In this document: positions 1 to 10,097 of the stretch, piece by piece
How the letters are laid out: every line of letters begins with the position of its first letter
Position numbering within the stretch: the stretch's first letter is position 1
Assembly (NCBI GenBank): GCA_963700285.1
Contig: CAVOXA010000007.1
Location: 1 to 64,000, forward strand
DNA from: an uncultured Chloroflexia bacterium
GTDB lineage: Bacteria > Chloroflexota > Anaerolineae > JAAYZQ01
Length of the DNA stretch: 64,000 bases
Direction: 5' to 3'
The notes under the pieces: generated by a model
The model's input: only the letters and a program-made list of their open reading frames with translations
What the model was told of the DNA's origin: nothing
Database searches by the model: none
Made by a program: the position numbers and the translations under genes

Positions 1-286
1 CCTGGGCTTCAACCTGTACAGGGCCGAAGCGGAGGATGGCGTCCGGATCCAGCTGAACGGTGCGCTGATCCCCACCCGGATGCCGCCGGGCAGCCCGGTG
101 GGGGCGGTCTACGAGTTTGTGGACGGAGGCATCGAACCGGGTGTGGTCTATGATTACTGGCTGGAGGCCGTGGACATCCATGGCCAGGCGGAAACCTATG
201 GGCCGGTAAGTGGGGGGGTGCTCACCTTTGTGATTGACCCAGGTTTGTGGAGTCTCTCCAGTGAGGTGTCTGAGGCCGGCGAATAG
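1..286 (+). CDS. 3' end of a secreted/surface protein carrying the shared C-terminal beta-domain (partial, runs off window start)
   Basis: Frame from nt 2 reads LGFNLYRAEAEDGVRIQLNGALIP..PGSPVGAVYEFVD..YWLEAVD..YGP, homologous by eye to the C-termini of 17319-22595 and 28159-31431. Confidence 0.75.
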   Translation, partial: LGFNLYRAEAEDGVRIQLNGALIPTRMPPGSPVGAVYEFVDGGIEPGVVYDYWLEAVDIHGQAETYGPVSGGVLTFVIDPGLWSLSSEVSEAGE

Positions 287-307
287 ACTCAAAGACATCA
301 ATCTCGC

Positions 308-354
308 AACCGCTCCAGTATTGTCCGTAGTTGATACTGGAGCGGTTTTCTTTT
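308..354 (+). terminator. Rho-independent terminator
   Basis: AACCGCTCCAGTAT / ATACTGGAGCGGTT 14-bp stem followed by TTCTTTT just after the stop at 286. Confidence 0.75.
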
Positions 355-685
355 CCCCAATTGTAATCTAGTCCGTAATCTGGCTGTGGTATCCTTGGAG
401 ACAGGGTCGAGGTTTCACGAGTAGGCGATCACTGGAGGGTCGGATGTGGCTGTTCCTGTGAAGAAAGGGCAGCCGTCCATGGTGCCAGAAGGCTAGGTCA
501 CACGGTCCATGGACCTACACCCCGATATCCGCCCTCAAGAGGATGGCAAATAAGCTGGCGGTATGTTATAATGGATTTCGTACAGAAGCGGATAAATCGC
601 GTTGAATTGTTTCCTGTCAGAGTTGTTTTTGACATAATGATGAGAGTGCCCGCCCGCCAGTGAGAGGCGCGGGAATAGAGGTACC

Positions 686-3412
686 ATGGCCAAAGGGGAA
701 AGCTCACCCAAACGGGCCCTTCGCCGGGCAAACCGTGCGCTCAAGACCCTGAGCGACTGCAACCTGGCGCTGTCACAGGCCAGGGACGAAACCGAGCTGC
801 TGCACGCCATCTGCCGCATCGCGGTCGATGCCGGTGGCTATCGCCTGGCCTGGGTTGGCTACGCCGAGCAGGACGAGAAGAGGCACGTGCGGCCGGTGGC
901 TCAGGCCGGTTTTGAGGAGGGCTACCTCGAGGCGGTGGACATCACCTGGGATGACATCGAGCAGGGCCGCGGACCTACCGGAACGGCCATTCGTACTTGC
1001 AGACCGGCCATCGTTACGGATATGCACTCGGAGACTACTTATGTGCTGTGGCGGGCCGAGGCGATCCGGCGAGGTTATTCCTCTTCCATCGCGCTGCCCC
1101 TGCTGATGGATGGTGCGCCCTTTGGCGCGCTGACCATCTATGCGGGCGAACCGGATGCCTTTGATGAGGAAGAGGTAGCGCTGCTGACCGAGTTGGCGGT
1201 CAATCTGGCCTACGGCATCGCCGCCCTGCGCGCCCGGGCCCAGCGGCGACAGGTGGAAGAGGCCCTGCAGCGGCGGAGCAGCCAGTTGCAGATGCTGAAT
1301 CTTGCGGGCCAGGCGCTGAGTTCCACCCTGGACTTGGACGAGGTGCTGCGTTCTCTGCTACAAGAGACCGGCCATCTGTTCGGGGTGCATTCCGCCTCGG
1401 TATGGTTGGTCGATAGGAAAGCGGGAGACCTCGTATGCCGGCAGGCCATGGACTCGGAGCGTGACACCCTCTGTGGCTGGCGGCTGCCCCGCGGTGAGGG
1501 GCTGGCGAGCTGGGTGCTGCGCCACGGCGAGAGCCTGGTCGTGAGCGATACGAGGTTGGATGACCGCCATTTCAAGGGGGTCGACCGGCAGATTGGGGCG
1601 GAGAGGCGTTCAGTGCTCACGGTGCCTCTCAAGGTCAAGGGTTCTGTCATCGGCGTGCTGCAACTGGCAGACCGGGAGGCTCATCGCTTCGACGAAGGGG
1701 ACCTGGTGCTGCTGGAACCGCTCGCCGCTTCGGCCGCAGCGGCCATCGAGAATTCCAGGGCCTACCGTGAGGTGGATAGGCTCCGGCGCTTCAACGAGAA
1801 CATCGTCTGCGGCATGGATGAGGGCGTTCTCCTGGAGGATGAGAAGGGACGGATCACTTTTACCAATCCCAAGACCTCGGAACTGCTGGGCTATGCCGCC
1901 GAGGATCTGCTGGGCCGGCCAGCATTGGACGTCGTGGCCCCGGAATCGCGGCAGCGGGCCGAGGTGGAAACAGCCAGCCGGCCGGATGGCGTTGCCAGCA
2001 GGTATGAGATCAAGTTGCAGACGAGGGAAGGCGCATGCCTGCCTGTCATTGTCAGCGCCAGGCCCCTGTTTGACGAGGGTCGTTTCACGGGCGTGCTCGC
2101 GGTTTTTGCCGACATCACGGAACAGAAGCGTACCGAAGCTGCGTTGCGGGACCGCAACCGGGAGCTGACGGCGCTGAACACCCTGGCCTCCGTCGTCAAT
2201 GAGGCGCTGGATCAGCAGGAGATGCTGGGGAACCTGCTGGATACAGTTCTGGATCTCATGGGTCTACATGTTGGCTGGATCTACCTGCTTGAACCCGGCA
2301 GGGAACCGGTGACATTGCTGCTGGCGGCCCAGCGAGGCATACCCCAGGAACACCAGCAATCCCTCCAATCCGTAGACATCGGCGATTGCGTGATCATGCG
2401 GGTGGCGGAGACAGGCTGCCCGGCGGTCGTGACTCAGGCCCACGAGGACCCCCACCTGGGCGGCCTGTTCGAAGGTCAGCATACCGAGCACGCCTGTGTC
2501 TGCGTCCCGATCAAATCCAGGGACAGTGTCCTGGGGGTGTTGGGAGTTACTGTCCCGGGCCAGCAGGAGCCAACCGCCGGGGCGGTGGAGCTTCTGACGT
2601 CTATCGGCCACCAGGCTGGTGTGGCGGTCGAGAACTACCGGCTCACCCGCGAGCGGTCCGAGATCGAGCTGCTCCGGGAGCTGAACCGGCTGCGCACGGA
2701 GCTGGTTTCCAACGTCTCCCACGAGCTGCGGACGCCGCTGGGACTGATCAAGATCCTGGCCAGCACGCTCTTGCGAGAGGACGTCGACTTTGATCGGGCA
2801 ACGCAGCGGGAACTGCTGGCCAATATCGAGGATGAGGCCGACAAGCTGGAAGGAATCGTGGACAACCTGCTGGACCTGAGCCGGATGGAAGGCCAGGCGC
2901 TGCGCCTGGAATACCGGGAGGTGGATCTGGGCCAGCTCATGAGGCAGGTGGTCGAGGCGACGGCAGTGCAGTATCCGGAGAACGCCTTCGTGCTGGATAT
3001 TCCCGACGAGCCACTTCTGATCACTGCCGATGCCAGGCGGGTGGAACAGGTACTGCGCAATCTCCTCGACAACGCCCAGAAATACTCGCCAGAGGGCGGC
3101 CCCATCAAGATCCAGGGCCGGTGTCACGGTGGGGAGAGCTTTGTCCAAGTCATGGACAAGGGAATCGGCATGCCAGTTGAGGAGCTGGATCGGGTTTTCG
3201 AGCGTTTCTACCGGGTAGAAAACAAGGTTACCCAACGGGCAAGGGGAGCAGGGTTGGGGCTGGCTGTATGTCGAGGGATTGTGGAGATGCACGGTGGGCA
3301 GATATGGGCCGAGAGCACTCTGGACGAGGGCAGCACCATAACCTTTACCTTGCCCCTCGTCCCGATGGCGGGAGGGGCAGAGGAAGGGCCGGACTGGAGT
3401 GAGCTGTTATGA
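686..3412 (+). CDS. Cytoplasmic sensor histidine kinase (GAF-GAF-PAS-GAF-HisKA-HATPase)
   Basis: 908 aa; H-box SHELRTPL, N-box NLLDNAQKY, D-box DKGIG, G2 GAGLGL; GAF and PAS/PAC (DITEQK) segments; no obvious TM helix. Confidence 0.92.
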   Translation: MAKGESSPKRALRRANRALKTLSDCNLALSQARDETELLHAICRIAVDAGGYRLAWVGYAEQDEKRHVRPVAQAGFEEGYLEAVDITWDDIEQGRGPTGTAIRTCRPAIVTDMHSETTYVLWRAEAIRRGYSSSIALPLLMDGAPFGALTIYAGEPDAFDEEEVALLTELAVNLAYGIAALRARAQRRQVEEALQRRSSQLQMLNLAGQALSSTLDLDEVLRSLLQETGHLFGVHSASVWLVDRKAGDLVCRQAMDSERDTLCGWRLPRGEGLASWVLRHGESLVVSDTRLDDRHFKGVDRQIGAERRSVLTVPLKVKGSVIGVLQLADREAHRFDEGDLVLLEPLAASAAAAIENSRAYREVDRLRRFNENIVCGMDEGVLLEDEKGRITFTNPKTSELLGYAAEDLLGRPALDVVAPESRQRAEVETASRPDGVASRYEIKLQTREGACLPVIVSARPLFDEGRFTGVLAVFADITEQKRTEAALRDRNRELTALNTLASVVNEALDQQEMLGNLLDTVLDLMGLHVGWIYLLEPGREPVTLLLAAQRGIPQEHQQSLQSVDIGDCVIMRVAETGCPAVVTQAHEDPHLGGLFEGQHTEHACVCVPIKSRDSVLGVLGVTVPGQQEPTAGAVELLTSIGHQAGVAVENYRLTRERSEIELLRELNRLRTELVSNVSHELRTPLGLIKILASTLLREDVDFDRATQRELLANIEDEADKLEGIVDNLLDLSRMEGQALRLEYREVDLGQLMRQVVEATAVQYPENAFVLDIPDEPLLITADARRVEQVLRNLLDNAQKYSPEGGPIKIQGRCHGGESFVQVMDKGIGMPVEELDRVFERFYRVENKVTQRARGAGLGLAVCRGIVEMHGGQIWAESTLDEGSTITFTLPLVPMAGGAEEGPDWSELL

Positions 3413-4131
3413 GCGAGCGCTGCAGTAAGAAGCAGCACAGTGGTTGCATCCTGGTCGCGGATGACGAAGTTCGCTACGTGCGGGCCATCCAGATCAATCT
3501 CGAAGCCAGTGGCTACCAGGTTCTGACGGCCCACGATGGGCAGGCCGCCATCGATCTGGTTGCCCAGCGTGAACCAGATCTGATGGTCCTGGATATCCGC
3601 ATGCCGGATATGGATGGTTACCAGGTCTGCCAGAGGGTTCGCGAGTTCTCGGCCGTGCCCATCATCATGCTTACGGCTCTGGCCGAGGACGCCGACAAAG
3701 TGAAGGGCCTGGATGTGGGCGCCGACGACTATGTCACCAAGCCCTTCAGCGCGGACGAGCTTTTGGCCCGGGTACGCTCGATCCTGCGGCGGGTTGAGCT
3801 GTCCGGGCGTCCAAGCCCAGCGCCAGGCTTTGAGGCAGGAGACCTGGTCGTGGATTTTAGCCAGCAGCGGGTCTTTGTCCGGGGCCAGGAGGTACACCTG
3901 ACTTCTACAGAGTACCGGCTCCTTCGGGAGCTGGTGAGTGGGGCGGGGCGGATCCTGACGCCCGGCTATCTGCTGCAGGAGGTGTGGGGGCCTGGCTACG
4001 AAGGGGATACCCACCTGGTGTGGCAGGCCATCCACCGACTGCGGCAGAAGCTGGAATCTGACGCCAAGAACCCCCAATACATCCAGACCCGGCCCGGGAT
4101 CGGGTATGTCTTTGCCTCTGGAGCAAAGTAA
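3409..4131 (+). CDS. OmpR/KdpE-family response regulator
   Basis: ILVADDE, LDIRMP (phospho-Asp), KPF, C-terminal wHTH ending IQTRPGIGY; overlaps the kinase 3' end. Confidence 0.93.
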   Translation: MSERCSKKQHSGCILVADDEVRYVRAIQINLEASGYQVLTAHDGQAAIDLVAQREPDLMVLDIRMPDMDGYQVCQRVREFSAVPIIMLTALAEDADKVKGLDVGADDYVTKPFSADELLARVRSILRRVELSGRPSPAPGFEAGDLVVDFSQQRVFVRGQEVHLTSTEYRLLRELVSGAGRILTPGYLLQEVWGPGYEGDTHLVWQAIHRLRQKLESDAKNPQYIQTRPGIGYVFASGAK

Positions 4132-4290
4132 ACGGCTGCTGCCTGCTTTGACAAGAGCCGAGCACGCTCGTGCTCGGCTCTTGTTGCGATTGGAAGGTCT
4201 TTGGAAACTCGGGGCGAGCTGCAGAAAGGAGGATGGAAGGCGAGCAGCCTATAATCCCAAGAGGAACACTGTGGGGGACGGAGAAGGAGA

Positions 4291-4680
4291 ATGAGAGATC
4301 TAGGCGACGATCTTGCCGGCAAAAAGATCTTGGTGGTCAGCGATGATGCGAAATTGTCCAGGGCCATTGAACTGAACCTGACCAATCCAAGCAAGATCGA
4401 GGTCGTAGGCCTGGGGAGCGAGTCACCCGTATGGGTACCCTCATCGGGGCTGGAAGCCAGCATCGACCTTCTGGTAGTGGCGACCAGTTCACCGGCCAGC
4501 GAGCCGGTGGTCATGCTTGCTCGAGCCGCATTGTCGGCTATCGTGGGGCTGGTACCGCTGCTTATCATCTCGGACCGGCCGTTCGAAGCTGACCGCGAGA
4601 CCAGGATCGATCATCTAACATTTCCTTTCTGTCCAATTGAGTTGTACAACAGGGTTCGTGGTATCCTAAAGTCTACATAA
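4291..4680 (+). CDS. Degenerate receiver-like (CheY-fold) protein
   Basis: KILVVSDD start and FPF replacing KPF; the phosphoacceptor is not evident; AAGGAG RBS. Confidence 0.55.
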   Translation: MRDLGDDLAGKKILVVSDDAKLSRAIELNLTNPSKIEVVGLGSESPVWVPSSGLEASIDLLVVATSSPASEPVVMLARAALSAIVGLVPLLIISDRPFEADRETRIDHLTFPFCPIELYNRVRGILKST

Positions 4681-4806
4681 TCTTATGACTCGTGAGTGCG
4701 GGGAAGCGGGGCACGCGCCCATTTCACCATGTTCCCGAGGCTGGGAATCCGGGTTCAAGCAAGCGCGCACAGATATTCTAGATATTCTAATGGGGGGAGA
4801 TGAATC

Positions 4807-7800
4807 ATGCAAAGAAGCAGAGCAGAAAAGACAAAGGCTGGGTTGGTTCTCAATCTGATACTGAGTGTGGTGCTAGTACTGAGTTCACTGCTTGTAGTAC
4901 CAGGCGTTGCGGCTGCCCAGACGGGTACGCTGATTTCGGCCGGATTTGACACGGGTGCGGATGGATTCAGCTACCAGGACGATGCGTTCCGGGGCACGGG
5001 GCAACCGGGCTATGCCAGCGGGTCGTATGAAGGCTCCGGGGGCTACAGCGGCGGAGGGCTGCGGGTGTATCTGGGGGCCATCGACAGCAATGTCATTAGG
5101 AACATGTCGGGTGGCTGGGTGCAGGGTTTCAGCCTGGGCTCGGCGGCGACGGTGACGGTGTCGTTCCGGTACAATCTGAGGATGTCGTCGGAGTATGAGA
5201 GCGACGAGTACGGGCAGGTGCTGGTGAGCCTGGACGGTGTGCTGTACGGCCAGGGCGGCGACAGCGTGGCGCAGATGTCGGGCAATGGTAACGGTGGCAG
5301 CACAGAGACGACGGGCTGGCAGCAGTTCCAGTTCAGCGCGCCGCTGGCAGCCGGGAGCCACACGCTGGTGCTGGGCGGCTATAACAACAAGAAGACGTAC
5401 AACAACGAGTGGACGGAAGTGCTGGTGGACGACGTGGTGGTGACGACGGGCAGCATGCCGCCGGTGGCGGACGCGGGCCCGGACCAGTCGGTGACGGATG
5501 GCGACGGAAACGGGTCGGAGAGCGTGACGCTGGATGGGACGGACAGCTATGATGGGGATGGGACGATAGTAAGTTACGAGTGGAGCGAGGGCGGCGGACC
5601 CATTGCCAGCGGGGAAAACCCGACCGTAGTTCTAGCGGTAGGCACGCACAACATCACGTTGACGGTGAGGGACAATGATGGCGAAACAGACGCGGATGTG
5701 GTGGTAATCAACGTCAGCGCGCCAGGAGCGGCGCAGGCGATCGTAGACCGATTAAGCCTGAGCCTGTTCAAGTCGAACATCGCGGATCTGGCGAGTTTTG
5801 GGGACCGGTGTCAGATGACGGGGTGCTCGCTGACGAGCTACAACAATGCGCAGAACTGGCTGGAAGGGCAGTTGGCCGGGCTGGGCTACAACGTAGAACG
5901 ACACTACTACAGCTACAATGGCTCGACGCGAGCGAGCACGTACGTGACAAAGGTAGGGACGGTGCGGCCGGACCAGATGTACATGGTAGCCTGCCACCTG
6001 GATGGGCGAGGAGGAGGCGGGGCAGCGGACGACAACGGATCGGGCTGCTCGCTGTTGATGGAAGCGGCGCGGGTGTTTGCGATGGGTGACGTGGAGACGG
6101 ATGTGTCGATCCGGTTCTTGTTTTGGGGGAACGAGGAGACGGGGCTGCATGGGAGTACGCAGTATCGAGACGACCGGGTAGGGCTGCAGGGGATAGAGAA
6201 TCCGGCGGGGTCGGGGCAGTACCCGGAGCCGGAGTGGCTGGGGAACATCACGCACGACATGGTGCTGTACGACCACGGAGTACCGGCGCAGTCGGAGCAG
6301 AATCCGAACGCGGACCTGGATGTGGAGTATCGAGCGGGGACAAGCTACGAGGCCGCGTCCCACCAGTTGGCGGATTACGTGGCAGGAGCGGCGGGCAAGT
6401 ATTCGGCGGACTATCCGGCGGAAGTGAACAACTATAGTACGAACACGGATGATACGCCGTACCACAACTACTGTCCGTCGATCAGCGTGAGAGAGAACCG
6501 GCGGTTGAACGAGATATCGGGCGTGCACCCGTACTATCACACATCAGGGGACGTGTACAGTAACTACTCGGAGCTGGATTTCAAGCTGGGGTTCAACGCG
6601 GTGCAGATGACGGTGGGCGCGGTAGCAGAGTTGTCCGGGGCACGGATTGTGTCAGCGAACGAAGCGCCGGTAGCGGATGCACAGTCAGTGACCACAGCCG
6701 AGGAGACAGCCGTTGGCATTATGCTGACGGGGTCGGATCCAGAAGGTCAGCCGCTGTCCTTTGTAGTGACGGGCGGGCCGAGCCATGGGATGATGAGCGG
6801 TAGTGCACCGAACCTGACCTATACACCGGAGCAGGACTATGTTGGAGGGGACAGCTTTACCTTTGTAGCCAACGACGGTCAGGCCAATTCGGCGCCGGCA
6901 ACCGTGAGTATCACCGTAACGGGGGTAAACGACGCGCCGGTGGCGTTTGGGCAGTCAGTAGCCGTCAATGAGGATGCTGCTGTACTGATCACCCTGACCG
7001 GTACGGATGTGGACGGGGATGCGCTGACCTATGGCGTGGCGAGTGATCCGAGCCAGGGGACGCTGGCAGGCAGTGGTGCGGAGTGGACCTACACGCCGGC
7101 GGCTGACTACAATGGAGCAGACAGTTTCACGTTCCAGGTGAGCGATGGCGAGCTTGTCTCGGCGGCGGCCGTGGTGCAGATCACGGTAGACGCGGTGAAC
7201 GATGCGCCGGTGGCGAATCCCCAGTCGGTGGTGACCGATGAAGATGTGCCGCTGGCCTTCACGCTGGGCGGTTGGGACCTTGAGGGGGATGCGCTGACCT
7301 TCGAGGTGGTGACGGTGACGGGCCAAGGCACCCTGGAGACAGGCGGCCTGCCAGCTCTGATCTATAGGCCTGACGGGAACTACTATGGGCCAGATAGCTT
7401 TACCTTCAGGGTTTGGGATGGATCCGACTATTCGGCGGAGGCGACGATCGACATCGCGGTCAATTCGGTGAACGATATACCCGAGGCGGACTCGCAGTCG
7501 ATAAGCACGGTAGAGGATATTCCTGTGGGTATTGTCCTCACCGGGCGGGACGCGGATGCTGACCCCTTGTACTTCTATATTGTGAGCCCACCGGCGGAAG
7601 GTACGCTGAACGGCGATGCGCCGAATGTGACCTACACACCGGATGGCGGGTATGTGGGGTTGGACAGCTTCACGTTCAAGGTGAACGATGGGATGGTGGA
7701 CTCTGCGGTGGTGGTGGTAGACATCACGGTGACCGAGTACAACGAGGCGCCGGTGGCGGAAGCGCAGTTGGTGACGACGGCTGAGGACACGGCGGTGGGG

Positions 7801-9897
7801 ATCACTCTGACCGGCTCTGATCCCGATGATGATTCGCTAACATACTCTGTAGACAGCGGTCCGGCCCATGGTACTTTGAGCGGGACAGCGCCGGGCCTAA
7901 GCTACACGCCGGACGCAGACTGGAACGGAGCGGATAGCTTTACGTTCAAGGTCAATGACGGGCAGCTTGACTCGGCGCCGGCCGTTGTAAGTATCACGGT
8001 GACAGCCGTGAATGACGCGCCGGTGGCGAGCGGGCAGGCAGTGGCGACCGACGAGGATGTAGCGATGCAGATCACGCTGGGTGGGGCAGATGTAGATGGG
8101 GATCCGCTATCCTACGCGGTGACTCTGGATCCCAGCCAGGGAACACTGAGTGGCACTGGAGCCGTGCGGACCTACACTCCGGCAGCAGACTATCACGGGC
8201 CCGACAGCTTCACTTTCAAGGTAAACGACGGCAACGTCGACTCGACAGAGGCCACGGTGAGCATCACCGTCAATGCGGTGAACGATGCGCCAGTGGTTGC
8301 CGATGACGGCGTCGATGTGATGGAGGACGGGGCCGTCAGCGGCATCGCGGTGCTGGCCAACGACACCGACGCCGATGGAGATCTGCTCTCGGTAGACTCG
8401 GTGACGCAGCCGGCCCATGGTACGGCTGTGCTCAATGCGAACGACACGGTGAGCTACACACCGGGCACCAACTACTGCGGCCCGGACAGCTTTGGCTACA
8501 CGGCATCGGACGGCAATGGTGGCAGCGGCAGCGCGACCGTCGGCGTCGATGTGACTTGCGTGAATGATGCTCCGGCGGCCGATGGGCAGGCGCTAGCCAC
8601 CGCTGAGGGTACTCCAGTGGCCGTCACGCTGACCGCGTCCGATGTGGAGGGGGACGACCTCACCTTCCGTGTCGTCGCTGGGCCTTCCCAGGGGAGTCTG
8701 AGTGGTTCGGCGCCTGATGTGACCTACACCCCGGATGCTGGCTTCACAGGGGCTGACAGCTTTACCTTTGTGGCCCACGATGGCACGGTAGACTCGTCAC
8801 CGGCCACTGTTGACATCACCGTCACATCTGCCGGGCCCTCCACGGTCTTTGAGGACGACTTTGAGACCGACAAGGGCTGGGTCGAAGATGCTGCCGGCTC
8901 CGACACGGCCACGACCGGCATGTGGCAGCGGGCCAATCCCGAGGGCACCGACTATAATGGCGCCAAGCAGCTGGGCAACACCGTCAGCGGCTCCTACGAC
9001 CTGGTGACAGGCGCGCTGGCGGGCAGCGGCGTGGGAACATACGACGTGGATGGTGGTGTGACCTCGATGCGTTCTCCGGCCATCATGCTACCCGCGGGGC
9101 AGGATCTGACGCTGTCTTTCTTCTACTACATGGCCCATACCAGCAACTCGTCGGCCGATGACTTCCTGCGGGTCAAGGTCGTCGGAGCGAGTACCGCTAC
9201 GGTCTTTGAGGAACTGGGCGCGGCCATCGACGATGACGCTGCCTGGGCCAGCACCAGCGTCAGCCTGAACAGCTTTGCCGGCCAGACGGTATACCTCCTG
9301 GTCGAGGCGGCCGATGCATCCAACGGCAGCATCGTGGAGGCGGGTATCGACGACGTGTCGATCATGGCCGGTCCGCCGCCTACGAACATCCTGGAGGCGA
9401 CCTTTGACGGCGACGCGGAGGGCTTTGCCTACGCGGACGACGCCTTCCGCGGGACAAACGCGCCGGCCTATGCCAGCGGTTCCTGGGACAGCGGCAGCCT
9501 GCGCGTCTACCTGGGCGCCATCAATGGCGACGACATCGTGGGCATGTCCGGCGCCTGGCAGGAGTCCTTCAACCTGGCCTCGCCCGCGACGGTGACCATC
9601 TCATTCCGCTACAACCTGACGATATCCGGTGAGTATGAGAGCGACGAGTTTGGTGAAGCGCTGGTGAGCGTCGATGGTACGCTGCACGGTACAGGTGCAA
9701 ACGACTATGTGGCCCACCTGGCCGGCAACGGCAACGGTGGCGCCGCAGGGTCAACGGGCTGGCAGCAGTTCTCCTTCTCGGCGGACCTGGGCGCAGGCGA
9801 CCACAGCCTGGTCATTGGTGGTTACAACAACAAAAAGACCTACGCCGACGAATGGACCGAAGTGCTGGTGGACGACGTGGTGGTTGCCGTTCGCTGA
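4807..9897 (+). CDS. Secreted multidomain M28 metallopeptidase with PKD-like and tandem Ig/cadherin-like repeats (paralogue 1)
   Basis: Signal peptide; M28 motifs CHLDG, AADDNGSG, NEETG, HDM, YYHT; about 8 NDAPVA..YTP..G.DSFTF repeats; MAM-like domain; the N-terminal beta-domain is repeated at the C-terminus. Confidence 0.88.
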   Translation: MQRSRAEKTKAGLVLNLILSVVLVLSSLLVVPGVAAAQTGTLISAGFDTGADGFSYQDDAFRGTGQPGYASGSYEGSGGYSGGGLRVYLGAIDSNVIRNMSGGWVQGFSLGSAATVTVSFRYNLRMSSEYESDEYGQVLVSLDGVLYGQGGDSVAQMSGNGNGGSTETTGWQQFQFSAPLAAGSHTLVLGGYNNKKTYNNEWTEVLVDDVVVTTGSMPPVADAGPDQSVTDGDGNGSESVTLDGTDSYDGDGTIVSYEWSEGGGPIASGENPTVVLAVGTHNITLTVRDNDGETDADVVVINVSAPGAAQAIVDRLSLSLFKSNIADLASFGDRCQMTGCSLTSYNNAQNWLEGQLAGLGYNVERHYYSYNGSTRASTYVTKVGTVRPDQMYMVACHLDGRGGGGAADDNGSGCSLLMEAARVFAMGDVETDVSIRFLFWGNEETGLHGSTQYRDDRVGLQGIENPAGSGQYPEPEWLGNITHDMVLYDHGVPAQSEQNPNADLDVEYRAGTSYEAASHQLADYVAGAAGKYSADYPAEVNNYSTNTDDTPYHNYCPSISVRENRRLNEISGVHPYYHTSGDVYSNYSELDFKLGFNAVQMTVGAVAELSGARIVSANEAPVADAQSVTTAEETAVGIMLTGSDPEGQPLSFVVTGGPSHGMMSGSAPNLTYTPEQDYVGGDSFTFVANDGQANSAPATVSITVTGVNDAPVAFGQSVAVNEDAAVLITLTGTDVDGDALTYGVASDPSQGTLAGSGAEWTYTPAADYNGADSFTFQVSDGELVSAAAVVQITVDAVNDAPVANPQSVVTDEDVPLAFTLGGWDLEGDALTFEVVTVTGQGTLETGGLPALIYRPDGNYYGPDSFTFRVWDGSDYSAEATIDIAVNSVNDIPEADSQSISTVEDIPVGIVLTGRDADADPLYFYIVSPPAEGTLNGDAPNVTYTPDGGYVGLDSFTFKVNDGMVDSAVVVVDITVTEYNEAPVAEAQLVTTAEDTAVGITLTGSDPDDDSLTYSVDSGPAHGTLSGTAPGLSYTPDADWNGADSFTFKVNDGQLDSAPAVVSITVTAVNDAPVASGQAVATDEDVAMQITLGGADVDGDPLSYAVTLDPSQGTLSGTGAVRTYTPAADYHGPDSFTFKVNDGNVDSTEATVSITVNAVNDAPVVADDGVDVMEDGAVSGIAVLANDTDADGDLLSVDSVTQPAHGTAVLNANDTVSYTPGTNYCGPDSFGYTASDGNGGSGSATVGVDVTCVNDAPAADGQALATAEGTPVAVTLTASDVEGDDLTFRVVAGPSQGSLSGSAPDVTYTPDAGFTGADSFTFVAHDGTVDSSPATVDITVTSAGPSTVFEDDFETDKGWVEDAAGSDTATTGMWQRANPEGTDYNGAKQLGNTVSGSYDLVTGALAGSGVGTYDVDGGVTSMRSPAIMLPAGQDLTLSFFYYMAHTSNSSADDFLRVKVVGASTATVFEELGAAIDDDAAWASTSVSLNSFAGQTVYLLVEAADASNGSIVEAGIDDVSIMAGPPPTNILEATFDGDAEGFAYADDAFRGTNAPAYASGSWDSGSLRVYLGAINGDDIVGMSGAWQESFNLASPATVTISFRYNLTISGEYESDEFGEALVSVDGTLHGTGANDYVAHLAGNGNGGAAGSTGWQQFSFSADLGAGDHSLVIGGYNNKKTYADEWTEVLVDDVVVAVR
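4915..6656 (+). repeat. Copy 1 of a 1742-bp near-identical duplication
   Basis: Matches 10191-11932 at a constant offset of 5276 with only scattered substitutions. Confidence 0.95.
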
Positions 9898-9914
9898 GCA
9901 CGTGTGACAGGACC

Positions 9915-10076
9915 GCCTCCGGCCGCGATACCTTGCCAAGGTATCGCGGCCGGAGGCTCAGACCAGGCCAGGCAGGTGGATGTGGCCATGGCTCGTGACT
10001 TGACCGTATGGGTCTGAAGGTATGCTCATCTGCTTCCGGCGTCACCCTCTCTTGGTGACGCCGGAAGCAGATGAGC
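9915..10076. other. Two long perfect intergenic hairpins
   Basis: 20-bp stem 9915-9934/9938-9957 and 23-bp stem 10024-10046/10054-10076; no U-tract. Confidence 0.85.
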
Positions 10077-10097
10077 GCAGTCTGGAGAGGAGATACG

